64,000 bases of DNA, from NCBI GenBank assembly GCA_029259715.1, contig JAJDEP010000014.1:259551-323550 (forward strand), read 5' to 3'. The stretch's first letter is position 1. Each line of letters opens with the position of its first letter. Below the pieces are notes generated by a model, which worked only from the letters and a program-made list of their open reading frames with translations, was not told the DNA's origin and ran no database searches. Of this stretch, positions 38,194 to 48,800 are shown in pieces. The translations under genes were made by a program, and so were the position numbers. The stretch comes from Planctomycetota bacterium. GTDB taxonomy: Bacteria > Planctomycetota > B15-G4.

Positions 38194-40541
38194 GAGTCGT
38201 CGACGACTCCGAGCAGTCGCTTCAGCGTCGGCGTCCAGGCCTCGCCGGCATCCGGCTGGGCGATCAGGCTGCGAGCGTAGGTCCGCGCCGTCTCGTCGCC
38301 TTCGAGCAGCCCGAGCACGAGGGTGGGCATGGGCGGGAAGGTGTCGGGGCCGAAGGCACGCCGTGCCGCGTGCAGCGTTTCCCGCGCCTCGTCGTCCCGT
38401 CCCACGCGGGCATAGGCGCTGCCGAGATGCACGAGCACCGCACGGTTGCCGGGCGTCACAGCCTGGGCCCACTCGAGGATGCCCACCGCCGTGTCGTCGT
38501 GGCCGAGCATGAGCAGCACGCCGCCGTAAGGCGTCGCGAGGGCCACGTCGCCATGGTGCGCCAGGGCCGCCTCCAGCAGGCTGGCCATGCGGCCGGCCTC
38601 GTCGCGGCCTTGCAACTGGGCGGCGCGCTCGAGGATCGCGGCCCGCACGTCGGCGTGTCCGGGCGTGGCGGTCCAGGCCGCCAGCAAGCCGCCGTCCAGG
38701 TCGTCGTCGAGACCCTCGCGCTCGTGGGAATTGCGCCACAGGTCGGGGTCCTGCACGGGGTCGTCGGCGGTGACCAGCAACTCGAGGCGTGCGGCGCGAG
38801 CCCGCAGCAACGACGCCAACGACTCGGCCCGCGCGCCGAACTCCTGGGCCAACTCGCGCTGCTCACGGCCGTCGATGGGTCCCCGCTCCAAGGCCGACGG
38901 ATCGAGCGCTTGCACCATCGCCGCGAGCAGGCGCAGGTTTGCGGCGGCGACGAGACCTTCCCGGCCTCGGGCCGACAGACTCGCGAGCTCCACCCGCAGA
39001 GGCGTGCGGGTGGCGGGATCCACTCCGTCCATGCGTTGACGCAACACCCACGCGTCAGCCACGGCGAGACCGTACACCGACGCCGCGTCCGCCGGGCCGA
39101 AGGGATCGGGCCGTCCGACGAGCATCGCGTCGATGTCCTCCGCCGCAGGCAGACGCGCGCGCCCACCCACCAGCGCCAGCATGGGCTGGTCGGACAGCGG
39201 CGTCGCCACGAAGGCCCGGGACTCGGGGAACGCCTCCAGGAACGACAAGATCACTGCTTGTAGGACCGTCCACGGCATGCGGTCCAGCGGCAGCCAGACG
39301 ATGGCCAGCCCCTCGTCGGTGAGCCCGCGGCGGAGCCGCTCGAAGTGTTCGAGCGAGAGGCGCGCACCGGCGCCCTGCTTCCAGGGCGTCACCGGCGCAC
39401 ACACGATCAAGTCGAGGATCCCGAGACTCAACTCCCGGGCGTCGGCCGTACCCCGATCTCCGATGCTGTCGTGGCCGACACTCCGCAGACCCTCCCCGAG
39501 GGCGACGTCGATGTCCGCCCGCGTCTCGTCCGCCCGGAGCAGCAGGATGTCCTCTGCACCGGGGGCGAGGGCCGCCGACAGACGCCCCATACGATGAGCC
39601 AGGGCCTGGGCACGCGGCCCCGACTCCTGCTCCCAGAGTTTTCCGGGCGCCTCCGATGGACTGCCGCTCTGCTGGTCCATGACCAGGATGGCGGCACCCG
39701 CGCCCACGAGCAGCAGCAACAGAGCGGCGCCCCACGATCGGCCCCGCCAGGAGGAAGAGCCGGCGCCAACGGGACCTTCGCGCCAACCCGCCACCAGAGC
39801 CGCCGCCGTGGCGAGGGCCGTCACCAGCGCGAGTCGCCACGCGAGCATGCGCGAGGCGGTCAAGACGGTCCCGTCCGGTTCGACGAACTCGGCCAGCGCC
39901 GACGGTGTGCCCGCGCCCGCTCCGAAGGCCAGCAGGGCACCGGCGAGCAACGCGCCGATGAGTGCGGTGCCCCCCACGCCGCCCTGACCGGCCGGCGGAT
40001 CGGGCCGCTCGGACGCGAACGGCGCGAGCACCGCGCAGACCACGGCGGCCGCGGCCATGACGACGGCGATGCCGACCCGCGGTTCCATCGGCGAGGCGCA
40101 CACGTCGGGAAGGAAAAAGGCGCCGCTTGTCGCACCGAGAGCGCACGCCGCGACGGCGCCCCAGAGCGCATGCCACGGGCCGAGGCCGCTGCGTCCCCGA
40201 TGGATGACGAGGCTCACCAGCGCGAAGCCCGCGAAGATGGTCAGAAAGGACACGGGCAGGTGGGCAGACCCGTCAAAGTCCGAGAAGCTCTCCGACGCGA
40301 GGACCACCAGGGAGGAGAGCCCGGCATACCCGGCAGCCATGGAGAGTTGCCCGCGGCGCTCGCGCGAATCAAAGATGGCCGTGAAGGGGCCAATTGCACC
40401 CATGACGACGATGACGAGTCCCAGGCGCCAGCCCCCGGCGACGTCGTCTCCAGCTGCGATGCGCGGCCACCACCCGGCGAAGAGCGTCACGGAGGCGCCC
40501 AGCAGTGCGGCCGCGACGAGCGAGAGCAAGGAGGTGTTCAC
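38190..40541 (-). CDS. polytopic membrane protein with spermidine-synthase-like (SAM-MTase fold) domain and C-terminal TPR-like region
   Basis: About 8 N-terminal TM helices. Central region similar to fused membrane spermidine synthase-like proteins. C-terminal helical repeats. GTG start overlaps the folC stop (GTGA). Confidence 0.5.
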   Translation of the reverse strand: MNTSLLSLVAAALLGASVTLFAGWWPRIAAGDDVAGGWRLGLVIVVMGAIGPFTAIFDSRERRGQLSMAAGYAGLSSLVVLASESFSDFDGSAHLPVSFLTIFAGFALVSLVIHRGRSGLGPWHALWGAVAACALGATSGAFFLPDVCASPMEPRVGIAVVMAAAAVVCAVLAPFASERPDPPAGQGGVGGTALIGALLAGALLAFGAGAGTPSALAEFVEPDGTVLTASRMLAWRLALVTALATAAALVAGWREGPVGAGSSSWRGRSWGAALLLLLVGAGAAILVMDQQSGSPSEAPGKLWEQESGPRAQALAHRMGRLSAALAPGAEDILLLRADETRADIDVALGEGLRSVGHDSIGDRGTADARELSLGILDLIVCAPVTPWKQGAGARLSLEHFERLRRGLTDEGLAIVWLPLDRMPWTVLQAVILSFLEAFPESRAFVATPLSDQPMLALVGGRARLPAAEDIDAMLVGRPDPFGPADAASVYGLAVADAWVLRQRMDGVDPATRTPLRVELASLSARGREGLVAAANLRLLAAMVQALDPSALERGPIDGREQRELAQEFGARAESLASLLRARAARLELLVTADDPVQDPDLWRNSHEREGLDDDLDGGLLAAWTATPGHADVRAAILERAAQLQGRDEAGRMASLLEAALAHHGDVALATPYGGVLLMLGHDDTAVGILEWAQAVTPGNRAVLVHLGSAYARVGRDDEARETLHAARRAFGPDTFPPMPTLVLGLLEGDETARTYARSLIAQPDAGEAWTPTLKRLLGVVDDS

Positions 40542-41806
40542 GCGGGAGCGGGGCCGGAGGGAGGTTCGGTGAGGGCGGGCGCTTCGGGCAGCAACAGCCC
40601 CACCAGGTGCAGCGAGCCCGTCACCACGACGAGGGCATCGGGCCCGGCCTGACGGCGCGCGAGCGCCAGGGCCCGCTCGGGATCGGCTTCCAGCGTCGCG
40701 TCGGGGCACGCCGCCCACAAGTCGGCCGGGTCGAGACCACGCTCGCCCGGCGCCCGGGTGAGGACCATGGGGATGCCCGTGGCCGCGAGGGCCGCGACCA
40801 TGGCGCCACCGTCGCGTCCCGAGGTGGCGCCGAAGACCAGGGCGCCCACCGTGCGGCCCGCGGCTCCGAGCCGGGCCAGGTGGGCGGCCAGCAGGCCGGC
40901 CGCCGCCACGGTGTGCGCGCCGTCGAAGAGCACGCCGTCGATCTCGTGCAGGCGCCCGGCCACCCTCGAGGTCGTCAACGCGGCCTCTACGGCCTCCGAT
41001 GTCGCCGCGCCCGCGGGCAAGAGGGCCCGCTCCTCGAGGGTCGCGAGCACCGCGCGCGCGAGGGCCACGCTGCGAGCATCAAGATCATCGAGGGCATCGT
41101 CCGCCACGACCACGGCACAGCCCCCGTCGGCGGCGCACGCGTCGAGGACGGCCCGCGCCTCGTCGGGCAGCGTCGCCGACACCACCACGGGCGCCCCGGG
41201 GCGCAGGATGCCCGCCTTCTCCGTCGCGATGGCCGCCAGGGTGTCGCCCAGGATCGCCGTGTGCTCGAGGCTGATGGAGGTGATCACGGCGAGATCCGCC
41301 GGCAGGTGACGGGTGGCGTCGAGGCGCCCGCCGAGCCCGGTCTCCCACACGGCGGCCTGCACCCGCGGCGGCACGAACAGCACCCGGGCCAACGCCGTGA
41401 GGAATTCGAACCACGAGGGCGACAGCTCCCGGGCGGCGGCGGCCACCACGTCCACGGCCGCGCACAACTCGTCGTCAGCGGGAAAGGCGCCGTCGATGCG
41501 CAGGCGTTCGCGGACGTCGCGCAGATGCGGCGAGGTGTAGGTGCCCACCGACAGCCCGCACGCCCGCAACCCGAGGCCGATGCGTTCGGTGGTGCTCGTC
41601 TTGCCCTCGGACCCGGCCACGTGGACGCAGACCGGCGGGCGCTGCAAGTCCGGCAAGGCCGCCATGAGCCGCTCGGCCACCAGGGGATCGATGGCCTCGA
41701 CACCGGCGTGGAAGCGCCGGGATCGCTCCCGGTCGAGCAGGTCGTCCAGGATCGAGAGGCAGGCGGGCGGCGGTGTCACGGCGACCATCGTGGTCACTAT
41801 AATCAC
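40538..41806 (-). CDS. folC: bifunctional folylpolyglutamate synthase / dihydrofolate synthase
   Basis: VHVAGSEGKTST P-loop, YTSPHL, Mur-ligase fold. The start may be the Met at 41788. Confidence 0.8.
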   Translation of the reverse strand: MIIVTTMVAVTPPPACLSILDDLLDRERSRRFHAGVEAIDPLVAERLMAALPDLQRPPVCVHVAGSEGKTSTTERIGLGLRACGLSVGTYTSPHLRDVRERLRIDGAFPADDELCAAVDVVAAAARELSPSWFEFLTALARVLFVPPRVQAAVWETGLGGRLDATRHLPADLAVITSISLEHTAILGDTLAAIATEKAGILRPGAPVVVSATLPDEARAVLDACAADGGCAVVVADDALDDLDARSVALARAVLATLEERALLPAGAATSEAVEAALTTSRVAGRLHEIDGVLFDGAHTVAAAGLLAAHLARLGAAGRTVGALVFGATSGRDGGAMVAALAATGIPMVLTRAPGERGLDPADLWAACPDATLEADPERALALARRQAGPDALVVVTGSLHLVGLLLPEAPALTEPPSGPAPA

Positions 41807-41811
41807 GGCGA

Positions 41812-42513
41812 ATGGGACCCTTCATCGGCGTCACTTGCAGTGCCGACCCGGACGGCGAGCCGCGGGTCAATCCACGCTACGTCCGTGCGCTGCATCGCAT
41901 GGGCGCCCTGCCCGTGGCCCTGCCCTTCCTGACCGACACGGCGGCCGCCCACGCGCTCCTCGATCGCCTCCATGGCGTGCTCCTCACCGGCAGCGAGGAC
42001 ATGGACCCGAGCTTCTGGCAGGAGCAGCCGCATGCCGCGACGGTGCTCATGCACCCCCACCGCATGACCACCGAGGTGGAATTGTGCCGCGCGCTGCTCG
42101 AGCGCGACCTGCCGACCCTGGGCATCTGCGGCGGGATGCAGAACCTCAACGCCGTGGCCGGTGGCTCCATCCACCAGCACATCCCCGACCTCGGCGACGT
42201 CGGTCCCCACAGCGACCCCACCTTCGCCGCGCGGCACGCGGTGGAAGCCGTCGGCGACTCGCGCCTCGGCACGCTCCTCGGGACCGCGTTCGAGACGAAC
42301 ACCGAGCACCACCAGGCCTGCAACCGCCTCGGCGAGGGGCTCGTCGCCACCGCGTGGTGCACCGACGGCGTCATGGAGGGGCTCGAGGCGCCGGACAAGC
42401 GCTTCTTCGTCGCCGTCCAATGGCATCCCGAGCTGATGCTCGACGACCCGGCCCAGGCGGGTCTCATCGCCGCCCTGGTGGACGCCGCCCGCGACGTCCC
42501 CTGCGGCGGCTGA
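41812..42513 (+). CDS. class I glutamine amidotransferase-like peptidase C26 (gamma-glutamyl hydrolase / PuuD family)
   Basis: IGVTC, GICGGMQNLN (nucleophile Cys), WHPE. Confidence 0.75.
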   Translation: MGPFIGVTCSADPDGEPRVNPRYVRALHRMGALPVALPFLTDTAAAHALLDRLHGVLLTGSEDMDPSFWQEQPHAATVLMHPHRMTTEVELCRALLERDLPTLGICGGMQNLNAVAGGSIHQHIPDLGDVGPHSDPTFAARHAVEAVGDSRLGTLLGTAFETNTEHHQACNRLGEGLVATAWCTDGVMEGLEAPDKRFFVAVQWHPELMLDDPAQAGLIAALVDAARDVPCGG

Positions 42514-42522
42514 CCCCCGGCC

Positions 42523-43995
42523 ATGGATCGCAACCGCATCCGCAAGGCCGCCATGGGTAAGCGTGCGGCGGCCGCCCGCACCGGCGCCACCGGCCGCGAG
42601 AAGATCCGGCTGATCGCCTACGGCTTGCTCATCGTCGTCATCGGGGGCTACTTCGCGGCCCGCCCGGCCGACAAGGAGGACGCCGCCGTCGAAGCGGTGC
42701 GCCATCCGGTCTCGCCCCGCAACGCGACGCCCATCGCCGTTGTCGATGTGGCCCGCCTGACCGCAGTGCGGGACGACACGCCGACGGCCCGGGCCGTGCT
42801 CGAACCCGATGCCCGCGACCACCTCGTCTCACAGGCGGGGCGCCTGGTGTTCGGCGACATGGAACAGCTCGGCGTCCGCGCGCTCCCGCGCGCAACCGTC
42901 GTGTCCGACCCCGGGGCCCACCGCGGCGCCCCGCTCTCGGTGCTCGGACGCCTGCTCTGGTACGAGCCCGAGCTCGCCACGACGCCGCACACCTTCCGGG
43001 GCGAGATCGAGGACGAGCAGGGCGGCGCCTGGACCTTCCTCGTCGTCAACCTGCCCTGGGGCCTCGAAGTGGGCGAGGTGGTGCGGGTCAGCGGCTTCTT
43101 CTTCAAGCTGCACGACATGCTGCGACCGGACCGCACCTTCGCCACCGGGCCGCTGCTCGTCGCCGAGGAGCTGCTGCCGTCGGCCTACCGCATCGCGCCG
43201 GTCAAGGTGCTGCGGGACGATCTGTTCCTGGGCACCCGCGACCTCGACCTGTCCGACGCCAGCCGGCCGCTCGACAGCCTGGCCTACTTCGAGCTGCTCA
43301 GCTACGTGCAGAACACCGCTGCCGACGTGCTCTTCGGACCGGTGGCGACGCGCGAACCGATCTACGCCCGCGACATGCGCAGCGACCCGACCCGCTGGCG
43401 CGGCCGGGCGGTGACCGTGCGCGGCAAGGTGCTGCACACCCAGCGCTCGTCGCTCGGCCCCATGGGCGAGAACCCCCTCGGCATCCCCTGGGTCTGGGAG
43501 GTGTACCTGCTCAACAGTGTCGGCGGGCCGACCCGGGCCATCACCCTCGAGGAACCGGTGGGCATCGAGCCCGACATGACGGTCGACGTCGACGGCATCT
43601 TCTTCCGGCGCTTCGCCTACGAGAACAAGTTCAACGACCCCATCGTCTCGACCGTGATCATCGCCGGCGACGTACGCCCCTTCGTCATCCCCCCGGACGA
43701 GATCACGCCGTTCATCCAACGCTTCGTGCTCTTCGGCGGACTGGGCCTGGTGGCGCTCATCGTCCTGGCGCAACGGCGCGAGGGCCGCCAGCGCGGACGC
43801 GATCGTCACCGCTCCGCCGACCGCAAGAAGAAGCTCATCGCCCTGCCGGGGACCCTGCATCGCGCGCCGCCCGGCCGCGAAGGCGAAGGCGATGGCACGG
43901 GCACGGCACACGCGCCACCGGCCACCCCACCGCCGACGACCCCGCCGCCAACGACACCGCCCCCGGCGCCTCCCTCGCCGTCGTCTCCGCTGTGA
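42523..43995 (+). CDS. hypothetical membrane protein with N- and C-terminal TM segments and a Pro/Thr-rich tail
   Basis: High-GC3 ORF. TM IAYGLLIVVIGGYFA and FVLFGGLGLVALIVLA. Tail PPATPPPTTPPPTTPPPAPPSPSSPL. No known domain recognised. Confidence 0.55.
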   Translation: MDRNRIRKAAMGKRAAAARTGATGREKIRLIAYGLLIVVIGGYFAARPADKEDAAVEAVRHPVSPRNATPIAVVDVARLTAVRDDTPTARAVLEPDARDHLVSQAGRLVFGDMEQLGVRALPRATVVSDPGAHRGAPLSVLGRLLWYEPELATTPHTFRGEIEDEQGGAWTFLVVNLPWGLEVGEVVRVSGFFFKLHDMLRPDRTFATGPLLVAEELLPSAYRIAPVKVLRDDLFLGTRDLDLSDASRPLDSLAYFELLSYVQNTAADVLFGPVATREPIYARDMRSDPTRWRGRAVTVRGKVLHTQRSSLGPMGENPLGIPWVWEVYLLNSVGGPTRAITLEEPVGIEPDMTVDVDGIFFRRFAYENKFNDPIVSTVIIAGDVRPFVIPPDEITPFIQRFVLFGGLGLVALIVLAQRREGRQRGRDRHRSADRKKKLIALPGTLHRAPPGREGEGDGTGTAHAPPATPPPTTPPPTTPPPAPPSPSSPL

Positions 43996-45038
43996 GCCGC
44001 TCGCACGTCGAGGTGCAGACCGGCCTGCTGGCCCGACGCGCTGCCCAACTGGCGACCCGCGCCGCCCTGGTGCTCACGGACGAGAACGTCGCGGCGCTCC
44101 TGCCCGCCGCGCTCGCCGAGCGCCCCCGTCACGTCCTGGTGCCCGGCGAAGCGAGCAAGTCGTGGGACGAGCTCGGGCGGCTGCTGCGGGCCCTCGATGC
44201 CGGCGGCGTCGACCGCGACGGACACCTGGTCGCCGTGGGCGGCGGTGTGGTCACCGACCTCGGAGGACTGGCCGCCTCGCTGCATCGCCGCGGCATCTCC
44301 TGGTCGGCCGTGCCGACGTCGCTCGTCGGTCAGGTCGACGCGGCCCTGGGCGGCAAGACCGCCGTGAACCTCGGCGGCGGCAAGAACACCGTGGGCAGCT
44401 TCCACCCGCCCGCCGACGTGGTCATCGACCCGGGCGTCCTCGCCACCCTGCCGCGTCGACACCTGTGCGCCGGCATGGCCGAGGTGCTCAAGACGGCCCT
44501 GATCTCCGGGCCGGAGGCGCTCGATGCGGCGGCCGCCCTGGAGCCCGACGACTTCGCCGCCGCCACCCCCGCGGCCGTCGCCGTCATCGAGGCCTGCGTC
44601 GCGACCAAGTCCGCCCTCGTCGAGCAGGATCTCCACGACCGCGGTCCTCGCCGGGCCCTCAACCTGGGCCACACCTTCGGTCACGCCTTCGAGGCCCTGG
44701 CCCTGGCCGGCGACCCCGCGGACAGCCTGTTGCACGGCGAGGCGGTCGCCCTGGGCCTGCTGTGCGCCGCCCGGCTGGCGGCCGGTCTCCCCGACGCCGA
44801 TCGCGAGCTGCCCGCTCGCCTGACCGGGACGCTGAGACGCTGGGGGCTGCCGACCTCCTCGCCCCTGACCGCCGAGCCGCTGCTGGCCGAGATGGGCCGC
44901 GACAAGAAGCGCGCCGGGGGAGCCCTGCGCCTGGTCCTGGCGCCGCGGCCCGGCCGGGTGGAGATCGAGGACGCGGTGCCGGCCGACCGGATCCGGGCGG
45001 GCCTCGAAGCGGTGAGGAAATCGGCCTCAACTTCGTGA
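43992..45038 (+). CDS. aroB: 3-dehydroquinate synthase
   Basis: GGGVVTDLGG, NLGHTFGHAFE, and the DHQS fold. GTG start overlaps the upstream stop (GTGA). Confidence 0.8.
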   Translation: MSRSHVEVQTGLLARRAAQLATRAALVLTDENVAALLPAALAERPRHVLVPGEASKSWDELGRLLRALDAGGVDRDGHLVAVGGGVVTDLGGLAASLHRRGISWSAVPTSLVGQVDAALGGKTAVNLGGGKNTVGSFHPPADVVIDPGVLATLPRRHLCAGMAEVLKTALISGPEALDAAAALEPDDFAAATPAAVAVIEACVATKSALVEQDLHDRGPRRALNLGHTFGHAFEALALAGDPADSLLHGEAVALGLLCAARLAAGLPDADRELPARLTGTLRRWGLPTSSPLTAEPLLAEMGRDKKRAGGALRLVLAPRPGRVEIEDAVPADRIRAGLEAVRKSASTS

Positions 45039-45072
45039 GCGAAACGGGCCGACGAGGAGCTTCGGAGGCTCC

Positions 45073-45741
45073 ATGGACTCGACCCCTGCAATGCCCGCCG
45101 CCCTTGCTGCCGCCTGCAGCCAAGGCCATCCCCTCGAACTCTGGGTCCTCGTGGACGGCGAGATCGTCCAATGCCCGGGGTTGTTCCTGCAACCGGATGA
45201 GCAGGGTCGCCCCCAGCTCACGGCGGCGCTGCCCGACGACTTCGTCGGCGTGATCCGCAACGGCTCGGCCGTGCGCGGCTTCTTCGCCGACCATGCCGGG
45301 ACGATCCACACCTTCCTCACCAGCGTGCATCGCTGGGTGCCGTTCGACGACAACCCCCGCTCGGCGCGCATCCACCTCGACGCGCCGGTCATCGTCGCGC
45401 CCTGCCAGCGTCGCCGCAGTCGCCGCAAGGGCGCCGGCAACCTGCCCGTGCAGCTCTCGGTCACGATCCGCGGGAACCGCGAGTCGGTCCAGGGTCGACT
45501 CGTCGACGCCTCGACCAACGGCATCGGCGTGCGCCTCGTGCGCACGGCCAGCAACTGGTTCGGCAAGGGCACGCGCGTCAACGTCGAGGTCGACATGCCC
45601 GACCGCGCCGAGCCCCTGTCCTTCGACGCCATCGTCAGCCGCGCCAACACCGAGGCGTTGCATTACCTCTACGGACTGCGCGCCGCGGATGCCCGCGAGA
45701 GCCGCAAGGTCCTGCGCGACATCCTCGACCAGGTGATCTAG
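45073..45741 (+). CDS. PilZ domain-containing protein (c-di-GMP receptor-like)
   Basis: RRRSRRK (RxxxR) followed by DASTNGIGVRL (DxSxxG). Confidence 0.65.
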   Translation: MDSTPAMPAALAAACSQGHPLELWVLVDGEIVQCPGLFLQPDEQGRPQLTAALPDDFVGVIRNGSAVRGFFADHAGTIHTFLTSVHRWVPFDDNPRSARIHLDAPVIVAPCQRRRSRRKGAGNLPVQLSVTIRGNRESVQGRLVDASTNGIGVRLVRTASNWFGKGTRVNVEVDMPDRAEPLSFDAIVSRANTEALHYLYGLRAADARESRKVLRDILDQVI

Positions 45742-45800
45742 CCACCCCACCGCGGCTCGCCCCCTGCGTGGAGGCGGACGCTCGCGGCGACAGGCCCGGC

Positions 45801-48800
45801 TCAGTATCCGGGCGGCGGCGGGGCCGGTTCGCACTTCTCCGGCGACAGGTCGACGAAGCCGACGAGCAGGTTCGACAGGCCGATGCGGATGATGCCCGCG
45901 TCCTCTTCCTCGGTGTAGAGCTGCATGAAGATGACTTCGTCACCCGTCAACCCGGACGGATCGGGGTTCACCCGGAACGGCAGGCTGAATTGCGGCGCCG
46001 GCGTGGGGAAGATGATCAGGAAGTGGAGGCCCGTCACGTCCGGCCCGAAGCTGCCGCCCCGTAGTTCGAGCGGCGGGTCGAATTCCTCCAGGCTGATGAA
46101 CAGACCGGCCGCCGTGGTCTCGGGGGCGAAGCGATCGGCCAGGACGAGCACGTCGCAGCCCGGGCTCAGCTCGCCGGACATGCGCAGCCGCGGCGGCAGC
46201 GGGCCGAAGCCGGTGCCGGCGTAGCTCAAGCTCTCGTCGTAGTCGTCGCGCTGCTCGAAGTCGCTCTCTGCGTAGGTGAAGCCGTCGACCAGCGTGTCGG
46301 TGCCGGTGGAGTCGGTCACGCGCAGGTCCATCAGCGTCTCGACGGGACCCTTCAGGTTGCTCGGCAAGGTGAACGTGAACACGTTCTCGTCGAGGGAGGC
46401 GGGCACGACCTCGAAACCCTGCTCGTCGTTGCCGAACTCGAAGACCAGGTCCACGGGCGGGATGATCGAGCTGTCGATGGTCACCTCGACGTCGATGGCC
46501 TCTTCGCCCATGAACGGCGGCGGTCCCGTCTGGTCCTCGTCGAAGATGCCCGATTCGGCGGGTCCCGTCGCCGGCTCGACGCCGGTCACCATGATCGTCT
46601 TGTAGGTGAAGGCGTTCTCGAGCACGTCACTGCCGTTGCTGTTGCGCACTTCGATGTCGACGAGCTCGTTCAGCTGCGGGCCCTTCTCCAGCAACACCGT
46701 GATGGTGGCCGTGAGCACGTCCGGGTCGCCGTCGCCGCCCTCTTCAGGATCGTCGAACACGACGGATTGCACCGTCATGGGCACGCCGTCGATGAACACC
46801 TCGGTGTCGCGCACGCCGAATTCCTCGACGTCGTTGAAGGCGATGCCCCGCACCGCAATGGTCTGGCCGGGCAGCCCCCGGTCCGGCTCGGGCGGTTCGG
46901 TGATCTCCGTCTCGACGAACTGGATGAAGTTGTCGAAGGTCTGGGTGCCGAGCGGCGTGGTGAGTGTGAGGTCGCTGAGCGGACCGAAGGGCGGCGCGCC
47001 CGGCGGTGGCGGCACCCGAAAGGTGATCGAGCCCGTGCTCCCGGACATCGAATCGACGATCTCGACCGTCAGGCCGTCGACCTCGACGGTGAACGGCTCG
47101 ACGAGATTGAAGACCTCCATCTCGACATCGGGGCCGCCGAAGAACACGTCGGTGGGCGCGACGTTGCCGAGACGGAAGATGGGTCCGTAGACCGCGTGGG
47201 CCCTCCCCGTCTCCCGCCAGGCCACCGACCCGAAGGGCTCGGCACTCGGGCGCGAAGCGGCACCGGGCGCGCCGGTCGCGAGGTCGGGGTCGCCGTCGTT
47301 GTTGAGATCGCCGGCGGCGACGGTCGTGCCGGCATGAAAACCCGCGGCCTCTCCCGAGAACTGGAGCTGGAACACGCCCGGCGGCGGGAAGTCGAGGTTG
47401 ACCGTCGAGCCGTGCAGCCCGGACAGCACACCGCCGTCGAGCACGCGCAGGCGGCCGGCCTCCGGGAAGGTCACGAAGTTGATGTCGAGGTGGGCCGAAG
47501 ACGGCGTCCCCAGCAGCAGCTCGTCGATGCCGTCGGAGTTCCAGTCTCCCCCGGGCACCGCGAACACGCCGAGGACGCCCTCGCCCGTGGCCTGCCCGAG
47601 GATCTCGAGGGACAGGGGGCGCGCCGGCGTACCGGCCAGCGAGAGGTCGTAGCCCGCGGGCGCCGCGCTGTCGAAGGCCCCCGAGATGACATACGTGGCG
47701 CCCCGTTGGGGACGACCCAGGTCGCCGTTGAGCGGGGCGGTGATGATCAGGTCGTCGTAGATGTCGGCGCCGCCGCCCTCCTCGAAGAAGTCACCGGCCG
47801 GGCCGACGAAATGGCCGGCGCGATCGCCCTGGGCGCCCCCCGTGAACACGGGCCCCGCGTCGTCGGGGCCGTCGCCGAAGTCGTCCAAGGTGAGCAACGC
47901 TGCCGGCGTCGCGGGCAACTCGACACCCCGCAGCACCGCCACCGCCCCCGACAGCAGCTTGCCGTTCAACGAAGCCGAGGGTGCACCGATGGCGAACTCG
48001 TCGCCGATCAACGACGTGGCGCCCGCCTGTCCCGGCAGCACCGGGTCGAAGCGGCCGATCCCGGCGACCGAGGTGCCCAGCAGCTGGAAGTTGTCCGAGC
48101 CGCGCACCTCCGTAAGCCCCCCGGGCAGCGCGCCATTCAGGATCCGGGTGGAGACATTGGCCATGCTGTTGAAGCCGTAGGCGATCCAGGCGCTGCCGTT
48201 CTGGAGCAGGCCATCGGACGAGTCGAACGGCGCGCCGAGGATGATGTCGTCGCTGCCGTCACCGTCGGCGTCGATCCCGCCGCCCAGGGCGCTGCCCACC
48301 ATGGCCATGGAGCGATTGCCCCGCAGGAATGTGCCCGCGGTCGTGGCGCGCAGGTTCTCGAGGAACTGCTGGTGCGAGCCGTTGCCGATGGTCGCGCCGC
48401 CGAGCACCAGATAGGCGCCGCCGTTGAGGTTGAGTCCGCCCTCACTGCGCAGCGGCGCCCCGATGACGAAGTCAGGGAAGGCGTCGTTGTTGATGAAACC
48501 GACGGCGGCCACGGCCGTCCCGGTGTGGGAGCCGGGCGGGCCGATGAAGTCGATGCCCTCGCCGGGACCCAGGTTGCGCAGGTCGATCTCGGCATCGCTC
48601 CCGGGCGTGCCCTTCTCGGCGCTGCCGAAGATCAGGTAGGCGTGGCCCGCCTCGTCCGGCGCCGGGAAGGGGTTCGTCACCAGGGCCGGGTCGAGCGGAT
48701 CGGTGGGCATCAGCGGCGCGCCGATGAGCAAGTCGTCGTAGCCGTCCTGGTTGGCGTCGAGAATGGCGACGCTGCGACCGACAGCGCTGGTCACGGGCTG

